From positions 1 to 32,900 of IMG/VR virus record IMGVR_UViG_3300014203_000008: DNA of 32,900 nucleotides. The stretch is one strand, 5' to 3'. This DNA comes from a virus. The notes below the pieces were generated by a model, which was not told the DNA's origin, did not search any database, and saw nothing but the letters and a program-made list of their open reading frames with translations. Below are positions 17,208 through 26,058 of the stretch, in pieces. How positions within the stretch are numbered: position 1 is the stretch's first letter; each line of letters starts with the position of its first letter. The position numbers and the translations under genes are program-made.

Positions 17208-17627
17208 CTATTTTTCCCAATACTCAATACGTACGCCAAACATATATTTAGCAAGTCCGTTTTCATCAACACCTGATAAATTAGCCATGTTTTGAAGTGG
17301 TATGATTTCATACTTATATGTGTTGTCGCCTAAGTCTGGAAAGTTCTTGTTGTCTTGTTGTGTTTCAAGCCATTCAGAGAATAACTCGAATTTATCCATG
17401 TTATCACTATTTACATCGCTTGTTCCTGTATCTATTTGCTCATAGCCTACAAAAGCGAATGTGTAACCTTTTTTCTTGTTGCCTAGAACATCCTCGAAGA
17501 TTTTATAATCTCCATATTCAGGTATCATTGTACGAACTTGTGGGTAAGCATCTACTGATTCAAAATAAAGATAATTTCCATCTAAAAATGTCTGTACCCA
17601 TGTTTGCATATTTTTATGTTTACTCAT
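17208..17627 (-). CDS. Neck or tail-terminator-position protein.
   Basis: Synteny only. Confidence 0.4.
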   Translation of the reverse strand: MSKHKNMQTWVQTFLDGNYLYFESVDAYPQVRTMIPEYGDYKIFEDVLGNKKKGYTFAFVGYEQIDTGTSDVNSDNMDKFELFSEWLETQQDNKNFPDLGDNTYKYEIIPLQNMANLSGVDENGLAKYMFGVRIEYWEK

Positions 17628-17983
17628 GATGAAAACCTCTTTCTCGCATTGTCTAGTTCTCTTGCATACTGAAAACCATTCATTGTTACCATTGCTTTAT
17701 CCCATTCGCTAGTTGCAAGTGGATGCTGTTCTGTACTAAAGTTAAATCCTGTACCGTGATATTGTCTATTAGCATACACTGAATTATAAGTTACATATCC
17801 TGCTAGGCTATCAGCGCTAATGTTTGTTGTTTGTGATAGAATACCAGTATTCATTGGAACAAATGGGTTCATGTATCTTTCTAGTGCTTGTGCTTGATAA
17901 ATGTTAAATGCTTTTGTAAAGCCTAAACCTCTAGTAATTTGTGGCAAGGTCTTATTCCACTTAAATTTAGTAGTAGTAGCCAT
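17624..17983 (-). CDS. Head-tail joining protein (HK97 gp10-like / minor-capsid-2-like).
   Basis: YMNPFVPMNTGILSQ...YNSVYANRQYHG resembles the P-(Y/F)-VP-x-x-TG-x-L ... YA-x-x-Q-(Y/H) pattern. Confidence 0.5.
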   Translation of the reverse strand: MATTTKFKWNKTLPQITRGLGFTKAFNIYQAQALERYMNPFVPMNTGILSQTTNISADSLAGYVTYNSVYANRQYHGTGFNFSTEQHPLATSEWDKAMVTMNGFQYARELDNARKRFSS

Positions 17984-18400
17984 TTAAACACCTTCTAACT
18001 TTAATTGAACATATGTTCTGTTTCTGTCCTTTGCTTCTATGATAGACTTTACTTGAATAGCATTGTAATCTTTTGCTATTGATACTATGTTACTTGCTGT
18101 AATATCTTCTGTAACCGTTCCCTCAATAATGTAATCGCCTTGTGACATTGTGAAATAGCCTGTTTGAGCATCTGTTTCTTTCCATTGGCTGTATTGCTTA
18201 TAACTATCATTAAATGGTATTAAAACAGTGTGTTTTTCGCCTATCGCTACGCTTGTTCCACTCATTCCTGATACGGATTTTGTGTTGACATAAGCATTTG
18301 TTATTACCGTCTTATACCATATGTCTAATGATGTGCCATTATCGGACCTAGGATATTTATTTAAGATTGTTATTGTTTGATTATAAAGTTCGTTAATCAT
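17984..18400 (-). CDS. Head closure or neck protein.
   Basis: Synteny only. Confidence 0.4.
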   Translation of the reverse strand: MINELYNQTITILNKYPRSDNGTSLDIWYKTVITNAYVNTKSVSGMSGTSVAIGEKHTVLIPFNDSYKQYSQWKETDAQTGYFTMSQGDYIIEGTVTEDITASNIVSIAKDYNAIQVKSIIEAKDRNRTYVQLKLEGV

Positions 18401-18761
18401 CTTCTCGTTCCTCTAACTCTCGTTGTGTAACGACCACACCGCTAATGATTGATACCGGTAAACACTCGGTTGCTATCTGCAATAGATAACCGTCAGTAGT
18501 TGATGCTAAGTCATAACTATATGATTCGATTCCGTTAGAATATGATGTGACATTTTTTACGCGACTTGTATCTTCGTTTATTGTTTCGATAAATTCGGTC
18601 ATAGTTTCTTTAACTTCATCTATTTGTTCTTCTAAATCAACAAGTCTATCTTGCGTAAAATAGTCTAACTTTCTTCTTGCCTTTGTTTCTAGTAATGGGA
18701 AAGCAGATTCGCTAACTGTTCCGCCTAATTCTGTATATTCGCTATATGTTAAGTATGCCAT
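18393..18761 (-). CDS. Head-tail connector (adaptor) protein.
   Basis: Begins MAYLTYSEYTELGG... and is the first neck gene after the capsid gene. Confidence 0.5.
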   Translation of the reverse strand: MAYLTYSEYTELGGTVSESAFPLLETKARRKLDYFTQDRLVDLEEQIDEVKETMTEFIETINEDTSRVKNVTSYSNGIESYSYDLASTTDGYLLQIATECLPVSIISGVVVTQRELEEREDD

Positions 18762-18780
18762 GCTTTCTCCTTTAATTATT

Positions 18781-18804
18781 CCCCAGCCACGTTAATGGCT
18801 AGGG
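18781..18804 (-). other. 9-bp GC-rich hairpin after the capsid gene block.
   Basis: Minus RNA CCCUAGCCA-UUAACG-UGGCUGGGG. No U-tract follows. Confidence 0.45.
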
Positions 18805-18813
18805 AAGTTTATA

Positions 18814-18993
18814 TTATTTTTTCTTTGTTGCAGGTTTATTTAATGGTTCTTTTGCAGGTTCTTTTTTAACGGGTGGTTTTTTAGTAATCGTTTTTGCAGG
18901 TTCTTTTACTTCAACTCCACCATGTTTTAACAACTGCTCTATTGCTAGTTTGTTTGAGGTAACATATTCGCTACCGTTTTTCAGTATCTTCAT
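18814..18993 (-). CDS. Hypothetical 59-aa basic protein following the capsid gene.
   Basis: Manual translation MKILKNGSEYVTSNKLAIEQLLKHGGVEVKEPAKTITKKPPVKKEPAKEPLNKPATKKK. TAATG overlap with the capsid gene stop. Confidence 0.45.
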   Translation of the reverse strand: MKILKNGSEYVTSNKLAIEQLLKHGGVEVKEPAKTITKKPPVKKEPAKEPLNKPATKKK

Positions 18994-20120
18994 TATGATT
19001 CTGCAATAACTGCTTGTACTTCGTTACCTGCAATAACTTTTCCATCAGAGTTTAATGCTACAAAGATAATGTAATAATCATTAGTGGTTGCAATAGTAAT
19101 TTTGCCATCTGTAAGCGTTGCTGCTGTATATCCTGATACTTCGTCTCCAAATGATGGAACTGTTCCAGCTGATGCTCCTGAGACTTTATAGGAATAAGAT
19201 GCTGCTCCAGTAACAGGTGTTACAGTAATTTCTGTTGATGTTGCTGCTACTTTTGTTGCTGCTGCAAGCGTTAAGTTTGTTAATGCGTCCCCTACATATT
19301 GAATCAAATCTGCCGATACTGTTTCAGTTCCGTATGAATAGAATAATCCAAAGTGGTAAGCGTTTGATGCCGGGAATTTTCCTGCTTCGTCTAAGTTTGT
19401 TAATACAGGTTGCGCTACTGATCCTTCTGCCATTCCAACTCTTGTTACACCTGATGGAAGATAAACTGAACTGTAAACTTTAACTCCATGTAAGATACCC
19501 ATTTCTGCAATACCAGAATTTATGTTTGCATTTTCTACAGTATCAATATAAGTTCTTAATTCTCCGTAAGTTGATGTGTTCATTGCTACGTGAATCATGT
19601 CTCTGTCTACTCCATCAACAAAATCATTTTGTGTATTTTCAATTCCTTGGACAAATTCTTCAAATTTATCAATAGGTGTAGTCGCTGTGAATGATGTTTT
19701 TCTTGTTCCTGAAAATGTTGCTTCATTGAAAAATGCTCTTTCAAGTTCTCTTGCCATTGATTTTTGATCGCCTGCTTGTTTTCTTGTAATAAGTCCATCA
19801 ACGCCATAAAGTTTAATGTCTTTTTCTTCTACTTCATGGATAAGTTCTCTATCTACGTTGATTGCAATTACTACTGGTGTTGCAACGTTTTCTTGTCCTG
19901 CGCCACCGCTTCTTGCTGTTCCATAAGCGTTAGAAGATGTGTTTGCAAATCTTTTTGCTTCCACTGTTCCGCTTTCAGGTGTTCCTGATAAGTCGCTATT
20001 TTTCATAACACTTGAAATTGTGCTTTTTTGTACATTGTCAATTACTTTTCCATATGTTTCTGATAGGTAGTCATAACCGCCCGCAGATGATAATTGTGAT
20101 AATGATGCTATTCTTGCCAT
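18993..20120 (-). CDS. Major capsid protein with a C-terminal Ig-like extension.
   Basis: 375 aa, directly after the scaffold gene. The C-terminal ~90 aa (TEITVTPVTGAASYSYKVSG...KITIATTNDYYIIFVALNSDGKVIAG) look like a Big/Ig-type domain. Confidence 0.75.
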   Translation of the reverse strand: MARIASLSQLSSAGGYDYLSETYGKVIDNVQKSTISSVMKNSDLSGTPESGTVEAKRFANTSSNAYGTARSGGAGQENVATPVVIAINVDRELIHEVEEKDIKLYGVDGLITRKQAGDQKSMARELERAFFNEATFSGTRKTSFTATTPIDKFEEFVQGIENTQNDFVDGVDRDMIHVAMNTSTYGELRTYIDTVENANINSGIAEMGILHGVKVYSSVYLPSGVTRVGMAEGSVAQPVLTNLDEAGKFPASNAYHFGLFYSYGTETVSADLIQYVGDALTNLTLAAATKVAATSTEITVTPVTGAASYSYKVSGASAGTVPSFGDEVSGYTAATLTDGKITIATTNDYYIIFVALNSDGKVIAGNEVQAVIAES

Positions 20121-20138
20121 TTTTTATTCTCCCTTGGT

Positions 20139-20669
20139 TTAAAAGAAACTCTTAAATTCGGTTTTTTCTTCTTCGTGAGATCCGTTTGGTGGTAATTTAA
20201 GTTTTTCTTGTTGAGGATTAACAAAACAGTTTCTGTCTTTTGTAATTGTTTCAAACAGTTCTGCGTCGCCTTTTCCTTTGTTTTCTGGTTTATTTAGTTC
20301 TGATTTGAAAGCATTATATCGACCACTTGCAATGTCATCATCAAACCACTTATTTTCTCCGATTAAAGCGTCAAATCTTTGTTTCATTTCGCTTTCTTTC
20401 TGTGCGAGTTCGGTTTCTTCTTTTCTCTTTGTTTCGGTTGCTTGATATTCGTCCAACTTTGCTTGTAATGTTTTCACAGTTTCATTTGCTCCGTCCATTT
20501 CCTTTACGGAATCCGTCAATTCTTGAATCGTCTTGCTCTTGTCTTCAATTTGTGTTTTCAAGGTTTCAAGTTCTAACTTCTTGGCTTCAATGTCTGCTCC
20601 ATGAATCTTCATTACTCCGTCGATTACTTCCTTTTCTAACCCTAATGCTTCCAATTCTTGTCTCTTCAT
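20139..20669 (-). CDS. Scaffolding protein (GP20-like).
   Basis: An acidic coiled-coil protein of 176 aa, upstream of the capsid gene. Confidence 0.7.
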   Translation of the reverse strand: MKRQELEALGLEKEVIDGVMKIHGADIEAKKLELETLKTQIEDKSKTIQELTDSVKEMDGANETVKTLQAKLDEYQATETKRKEETELAQKESEMKQRFDALIGENKWFDDDIASGRYNAFKSELNKPENKGKGDAELFETITKDRNCFVNPQQEKLKLPPNGSHEEEKTEFKSFF

Positions 20670-20739
20670 TTCTTATTTCTCCTTTTTCTACGATTGTTTA
20701 CGTGTTTTTCTTCACACAGTTTTACGAGATGTTGCTCAA

Positions 20740-20811
20740 TAGGAATATACAGAATCGAACTGTAATTTACGGCATATAAGACCGTAGCACTTGCCATTGT
20801 ACTATATTCCA
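20740..20811 (-). tRNA. tRNA-like gene with anticodon UAU (would read AUA, Ile). No CCA is encoded.
   Basis: Manual cloverleaf fold:
- Acceptor stem (U)GGAAUA / UAUUCC(U).
- U8.
- D arm GUAC-AAUGGCAA-GUGC, with A14, GG and A21 present.
- Anticodon arm ACGGU-CUUAUAU-GCCGU.
- 4-nt variable loop.
- T arm UACAG-UUCGAUU-CUGUA.
- Discriminator A.
Positions 1 and 72 are U-U. Confidence 0.65.
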
Positions 20812-20993
20812 TTATTCACCTGCCCTTTTATTACTCGCTCGGCAGGGTGGCGAGGGTTTCAATGTTTAACCGCCATCAATAGCGTTTACTACTAAAACAG
20901 TTTTTGTTTAGGTGGATAACTGTAAACCACCATGTTTAAACCAAAAATAGTTTTTATCTACTCCTGTTTAAATCCTTTTATATATCTACATTT

Positions 20994-21021
20994 ATTTTAT
21001 CACAAACATACGTTTTGTCAA
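20994..21021 (-). promoter_or_regulatory. Strong promoter TTGACA-16-TAAAAT with an extended -10 TG. It drives the leader, the tRNA and the head genes.
   Basis: Reverse complement TTGACAaaacgtatgtttgTGaTAAAAT. Confidence 0.6.
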
Positions 21022-21035
21022 TGTTTACTAATAAA

Positions 21036-22166
21036 TTACTGCAAAATATGTGAAATTAGTCTAGTTTTTTGAGGTGCTAACCCCATTTCTTCACTTATTC
21101 GGTAATATTCTTGTGTTTTTGCACGGATTTCTTTATTGATTGCCTTTCTTCCTAGTTCATCTCCACTAGCCTTTAACATGTTTCGTTCATCTTTCATTTT
21201 ACGAATTGATGTTTCAACGCCACGTTGATATTGTTCAAGTTCATATCTAGGCTTTTTAAGTGTTCTTCCACTCAATCCCTTAAATGATACTAATTCATTT
21301 GCTTTCTTGTCGCGAATCTTCAACTCTTTTTGCGACATAACAGGCTCTGACAGTCCAATAATGATAGGAAAAGTAGTATGCCTACAATTCATCGTTCCTA
21401 TTGGTCGCTCTAGGGTTGCTTGTAAGCTCTCAAACTCTTTTGTTGTGAATTGTCGTCCATCTATAAACGCATGGTCTGGTGCAGGCGCTGCGTGACTTGA
21501 TACTTCAACACCATCTGCACCGAATTCTTTACCTTGTTGCTCTCGATAGTCTGTATTGAATGCTCTTACACCGTCAAGCAAGTTCATACGCACCGCAGAA
21601 TCTAATCTTCTTGAATATCCACTCGCATAGTCTACCGTCTGAATACCGCTCTTTGATAGATGATGAATAGTGGATCGCATTGCTGTGTTATAGTCAACTA
21701 AACCACTTTGAACTGAGTATATAGCCTTGTTTATCGTGTCAACATATGTTCGTTGAATTGTCTTATACGTTCCTCCGAAGTTAAAGCCTAGTGTATTGGA
21801 TAAATTGAGTATATCTTTTGTTATATTCTTGATTGCATTTGTTTTCACGTATTGGAGTAGTAAACTATCCGTTTGTTTAACTCCATTTGCTTTATACAAT
21901 GATTTCATTAACTCGTTATTGTTCTCTGCTGCTTTCTGTACCACCAAATCGACTTGTTTCGGCGTTAAATCTGTTATCCTTGCCAATTGTTCATTGATTG
22001 CGTTTATGTCCTCATTTTGAACCAAAGTGGAAAGTCTGATAGAATCCGTAGCAGATAGTTCGCCAATGTATTTTATTCTCTTTCCCATAATTTCAAGAAT
22101 ACTATTATTTACTTCTTGGACTACTTTCTCAAGTTCATCTGCTATGCTATCTGAAAGTTCTTTCAA
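21036..22166 (-). CDS. Minor head protein (Mu F / SPP1 gp7-like).
   Basis: SSHAAPAPDHAFIDGRQF...GTMNCRHTTFP motif region. TTG start with RBS AGGAGGTG. Follows the portal gene. Confidence 0.65.
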   Translation of the reverse strand: MKELSDSIADELEKVVQEVNNSILEIMGKRIKYIGELSATDSIRLSTLVQNEDINAINEQLARITDLTPKQVDLVVQKAAENNNELMKSLYKANGVKQTDSLLLQYVKTNAIKNITKDILNLSNTLGFNFGGTYKTIQRTYVDTINKAIYSVQSGLVDYNTAMRSTIHHLSKSGIQTVDYASGYSRRLDSAVRMNLLDGVRAFNTDYREQQGKEFGADGVEVSSHAAPAPDHAFIDGRQFTTKEFESLQATLERPIGTMNCRHTTFPIIIGLSEPVMSQKELKIRDKKANELVSFKGLSGRTLKKPRYELEQYQRGVETSIRKMKDERNMLKASGDELGRKAINKEIRAKTQEYYRISEEMGLAPQKTRLISHILQ

Positions 22167-22169
22167 CTA

Positions 22170-23525
22170 TTACACCTCCTGAACTACTGTTTTCATTTCG
22201 TCTAGGTGTTTTTGTGCAATTGGAACATCTTCATCCATAACCCACGCTCTTAGTTCTGCATCATCAACAGTATTTATTGCATTGGCTTGTAATAGCTGAT
22301 TATATCTTTCTGTCATACTCTCAACGTAAGAATCAGACCAATCATAATTTGCTACCCAGTTTCCAATAGGTGTAGTTTCATTGTAGTTGCTGATCTTATC
22401 TATTGCATATAAAATATCATTTACGCCTTGCTCAAGCACTTTTCTGAACATAGTAATAAAAGAATAGGTTGCTTGCAAAGACTTCTTTATCTCGTCCGTA
22501 TTTGTGTATGTCATGCTTGATTTTGATAGCAAGCCCTCGGATAGTCCGCAACTCATTTCTAGCATTTTGAGATTTCTTTCGATTGCACTATCTAACGCAA
22601 CTTCTCGAATGTCAGGCGAGAATATATCAATCAAGCCACCATCTCCTATGTTTTTCTCTCCCTTGATTGAATGAATGATACGCTCTTTCCCTTTTGGCAA
22701 TACAGACACGTCCTCTGTAATCTTAGTGCCGCTAGCGTTTGTATACGTGACTTTTCTATTTTCAAACAAGCGTTTGCCTGCGAAGATCATGGTTTCCTTA
22801 TCTTCCATTTCTTTGTTGTATCTTCTCCACGCTGTCTTTGCTTCTTCTACAACTTCATCTGCACCGTAGGTAATAGGAACTCCTGTTGTTGAATTGTAAT
22901 TATCTCTGTTGAGTTTCGGACTTTTAAATCTTCCCAACAATAATCTGTCTACATTCGGTATCTGTGTATATTCGTTTATATTATTCCAACCAGGAATACT
23001 TTCAATTGGAACGGACTTTCCGTCTTTAAAGCAAACTTGTGTAATGGTTTCGTATGAAATACCGTCTACCTCGTTTAGTTTGTGATATTCCCACCGTTGA
23101 AATACGCTTCTGTTTGTTTTCATCTCGTCACACATGATAAGCATAGAATACACAAAATCTCCCATACTTTCTACGATACGGAAGTTGTTATTCTCTATGA
23201 TGTCAAAGCCTATTCTTTTACCGTCCGTGTTGCACTTAACAACACAATCCCCTGTACCCAAACAAACGTTCGCAATCTTTGGTAGAATACTAAACCATAA
23301 TTTATTTGATATTTCATTCATGTATTTCGCTCTTTTGTTGTCTCCTGCGATAGATACGCTAGAATCTAGTAACGTTAGCATGCTTACCCTTTCCGATAAA
23401 ATACTAGTAAGACTGATTTTTGTTGTTTCGTCAAAGTCTGTTTCATACTCTTGACTGTTTTTTTCTTCTACATCAATTCCAAACTTTCCCTTGATCCATT
23501 TAATGATGTCTGCTATAAACCCCAT
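22170..23525 (-). CDS. Portal protein.
   Basis: 451 aa, located between TerL and the MuF-like gene. Confidence 0.75.
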   Translation of the reverse strand: MGFIADIIKWIKGKFGIDVEEKNSQEYETDFDETTKISLTSILSERVSMLTLLDSSVSIAGDNKRAKYMNEISNKLWFSILPKIANVCLGTGDCVVKCNTDGKRIGFDIIENNNFRIVESMGDFVYSMLIMCDEMKTNRSVFQRWEYHKLNEVDGISYETITQVCFKDGKSVPIESIPGWNNINEYTQIPNVDRLLLGRFKSPKLNRDNYNSTTGVPITYGADEVVEEAKTAWRRYNKEMEDKETMIFAGKRLFENRKVTYTNASGTKITEDVSVLPKGKERIIHSIKGEKNIGDGGLIDIFSPDIREVALDSAIERNLKMLEMSCGLSEGLLSKSSMTYTNTDEIKKSLQATYSFITMFRKVLEQGVNDILYAIDKISNYNETTPIGNWVANYDWSDSYVESMTERYNQLLQANAINTVDDAELRAWVMDEDVPIAQKHLDEMKTVVQEV

Positions 23526-23577
23526 TTTGTTCTCCTATGTTACTGTTCTCCGCACTCGTAAGCACTCGTTTATATTT

Positions 23578-25173
23578 CTAATCTTCATCATAATAAGTGT
23601 TTGTTCTTCTATTGTCTAGTATAACCCTATTTAATGAGTATATCAAAGCGCAAATGCAATCCTCGTTTAGTTTTGGGTATTGGCTAGAAAAACTTCCGTC
23701 TTTCAACTGCTCATGTTCTGCACTTCTCATTTCTTCCGCAAGAAAAGGTGTCCTTGATTGGTCTATTACTATCTTTTTAACTGTCTGCAACCATTCCCAT
23801 GAATAATCTCTACCGCCACCACTCCAACGCTTAACTGCACCAATTGTATTGAAGCCCATATCTTGATACTTGGCTATTTTGTCAGGATTGGCGCTATCAC
23901 ATATAATCTCGGCATCTTTGAATTGCTCTATCTGCGCAGCGAACATTTCTTGACTCATTCTAACCTTGCGAACTTCCGATATTGCATATAGTGTGTCAGT
24001 TTCATCATCATACGAACATTCAATGAATGCTTGTGGATGCTCATATCCCCAATCGAGACCATAATAGAAAATGCTGAATGAATCTATCTCGTCTTGTGTG
24101 ATTTCTCTAAACTCTAGATTTTCGAATATCGTTCCACCTGTTCCGACTACTTCTCCTAGATAGTTGTTTCTGTAATACTTTTCTTTATTCTTTTTGAACC
24201 ATTCCGCACGGTCAAAGAAACGTTGTCCTAACCATTTCACAGGTACGTTGTAATAGTATGAATGACATACATAGCACTTCTCTCTACTTGGTGCATCTGC
24301 TGTATATTTGTTCATCCAGTTATTCGCGCTCTTAGGTGGATTGAATATTTTGACTGAAATAGAGTTAGTATCAGCACGCAAGAAAGTATCTTCCACGTTG
24401 TCTATTTGTTCAATCCCTGCCATTTCGTCGCATTCTTCATTAACTACCATTTTAATATATCCGAATGTAAGGTTATAAGATTTTAAACTCTTTGGCTTGT
24501 CGCAACCTACGAAGATTACACATTGACCGGTCTTTTTATATTTTGCAATCATAGGACTTGTCGTGAACTCCCACTCATCATCTTCTTCATCACGAATAAC
24601 CGTCTTTTGAAACTGATTAAATACTGATCCTCTTAAATCTGTCTTATATCTTCTCGTAAATACTACGTGTGCCTTTGGATCGTTCTTGATTACTTCTTTC
24701 GCAAAGCCAGCCATAAAATTTGATTTAATACTTCCACGTCCGCCTTTAAATATAAACTCTCGCCACTTTCCATTTTCAAGTGCTTCGTGCATTTCTCGGT
24801 ATACTTCTACAAAATCAGACGTAATATCTGATATTGGCATATTATATTTTTCATGTTGTTCTTCTTTAACGCTTGACGATTGCCATTCTTCAACTAACTT
24901 TATAGCGTCTACATTACCCTGTATGGCTTTAAATATGGCACCGCTTGCGACTGCCGATTGTATTTGTTTATCTTCTCCTATAAGTGGATTATAACTATTT
25001 AATAACTCCCTTGTTTCTTCACTCATGTTACTTTCTAGCATTAAAGGAACTAACTCTCTTAGTAGTTTTTTCTCTTTTTGCACCTTATTCGATGCTATCG
25101 CACCCTTTAGACCAATTTCACTGCGTTCTCTAGGTGTCCTTTTATTCATCGGTATTAAGTTTTCATCATTCAA
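23578..25173 (-). CDS. terL: Terminase large subunit (PBSX/Terminase_3-like) with an N-terminal extension of about 100 aa.
   Basis: Walker A FKGGRGSIKS. The nuclease half is typical in length. The N-terminal segment PRERSEIGLKGAIASNKVQKEKK...AIQGNVDAIKLVEEW resembles small-terminase sequences. Confidence 0.85.
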   Translation of the reverse strand: MNDENLIPMNKRTPRERSEIGLKGAIASNKVQKEKKLLRELVPLMLESNMSEETRELLNSYNPLIGEDKQIQSAVASGAIFKAIQGNVDAIKLVEEWQSSSVKEEQHEKYNMPISDITSDFVEVYREMHEALENGKWREFIFKGGRGSIKSNFMAGFAKEVIKNDPKAHVVFTRRYKTDLRGSVFNQFQKTVIRDEEDDEWEFTTSPMIAKYKKTGQCVIFVGCDKPKSLKSYNLTFGYIKMVVNEECDEMAGIEQIDNVEDTFLRADTNSISVKIFNPPKSANNWMNKYTADAPSREKCYVCHSYYYNVPVKWLGQRFFDRAEWFKKNKEKYYRNNYLGEVVGTGGTIFENLEFREITQDEIDSFSIFYYGLDWGYEHPQAFIECSYDDETDTLYAISEVRKVRMSQEMFAAQIEQFKDAEIICDSANPDKIAKYQDMGFNTIGAVKRWSGGGRDYSWEWLQTVKKIVIDQSRTPFLAEEMRSAEHEQLKDGSFSSQYPKLNEDCICALIYSLNRVILDNRRTNTYYDED

Positions 25174-25236
25174 TGCTTTGACACCCTCTTACTTTTAATA
25201 TATTATAATGCAAAATAGACCTAGTTTCCTAAGTCC

Positions 25237-25265
25237 ATTTTATCAAGTAATCAATTAGTTGTCAA
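25237..25265 (-). promoter_or_regulatory. Promoter TTGACA-17-TAAAAT upstream of terL.
   Basis: Reverse complement TTGACAactaattgattacttgaTAAAAT. The -35 lies inside the last codons of the upstream ORF. Confidence 0.55.
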
Positions 25266-25620
25266 TTATATCTGTTATTTCTACTGCGTTATCTTCGCCC
25301 ATCTTAAAATACCGCTTAGCATCTTCACATTCAACAATAACAACTCTTTTTCTATTTTCATCTTCATATACTTTTGAATAACCTTTTGTAGGTATTGAAA
25401 ACTGCCCTTCAACCTTTTTATAATCGTCTGTGATATATGAATAATATATCCTAGTTTCCGTTTTTCCTGATGGATGACCAAAGGTAATTTCATTTAACAT
25501 TGTTTCATTCCCTTTTTCTTTTTGAATAAAGTTTTCTCTAAACTTATTTAATTCAGATACTGAACCTTTTAATTCTACTATCTTTTCCTCTAATAACTTA
25601 ATCCTTTTCTTGTTTGTCAT
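25255..25620 (-). CDS. Hypothetical protein (121 aa) in the small-terminase position.
   Basis: ORF track. N-terminal coiled coil. No recognisable HTH. Confidence 0.55.
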   Translation of the reverse strand: MTNKKRIKLLEEKIVELKGSVSELNKFRENFIQKEKGNETMLNEITFGHPSGKTETRIYYSYITDDYKKVEGQFSIPTKGYSKVYEDENRKRVVIVECEDAKRYFKMGEDNAVEITDIIDN

Positions 25621-25833
25621 ATTATCTCCTTTTTAAAATCCTCTAAATTCTGTTATTGTGACTTCCTTTTTATTTTCAGATATACTATCGTCAAACTCAT
25701 TATATATTCCTTTTCTCGTTATTATAATGGCCTCATTGTTTGTTTCTAGTTTATCTAATGATTTTCTCAACCTGTCTATTCTGTATATAAAACACTTTTT
25801 ACCGACTGGAGATATTGTTTAGTTGTCAATTGT

Positions 25834-26058
25834 CTATTCTTTCTCTTCATAGTAAATGCTTTCTATCGAATTGCTAAGTAGTAAGTTCTTAGTAAATACT
25901 GCTTTTTCTTCCTCGCCTGCTTGGAATGTTGTTGTTCCACACAGATCAAACGATATCCATTTTGCTTTTTCTAGTTCTTGTTGTAGATTCCCAATATCTT
26001 TTTCGTAATAAACTGTTAGTGATTCTCCACTTTTAAGTATTAGTCCATATCTCATCAC
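25834..26058 (-). CDS. Hypothetical protein (74 aa).
   Basis: ORF track. ATGA overlap with the upstream gene. Confidence 0.55.
   Translation of the reverse strand: MMRYGLILKSGESLTVYYEKDIGNLQQELEKAKWISFDLCGTTTFQAGEEEKAVFTKNLLLSNSIESIYYEEKE

Noticed and set aside
20812-20900. A second tRNA (86-nt GGTGG...CGCCACC segment) upstream of the tRNA(UAU).
   Set aside because: A 6-bp acceptor-like pairing exists, but there is no canonical T loop (no UUCRA), no D arm with GG, and no 7-nt anticodon loop. It is treated as part of the structured leader instead.
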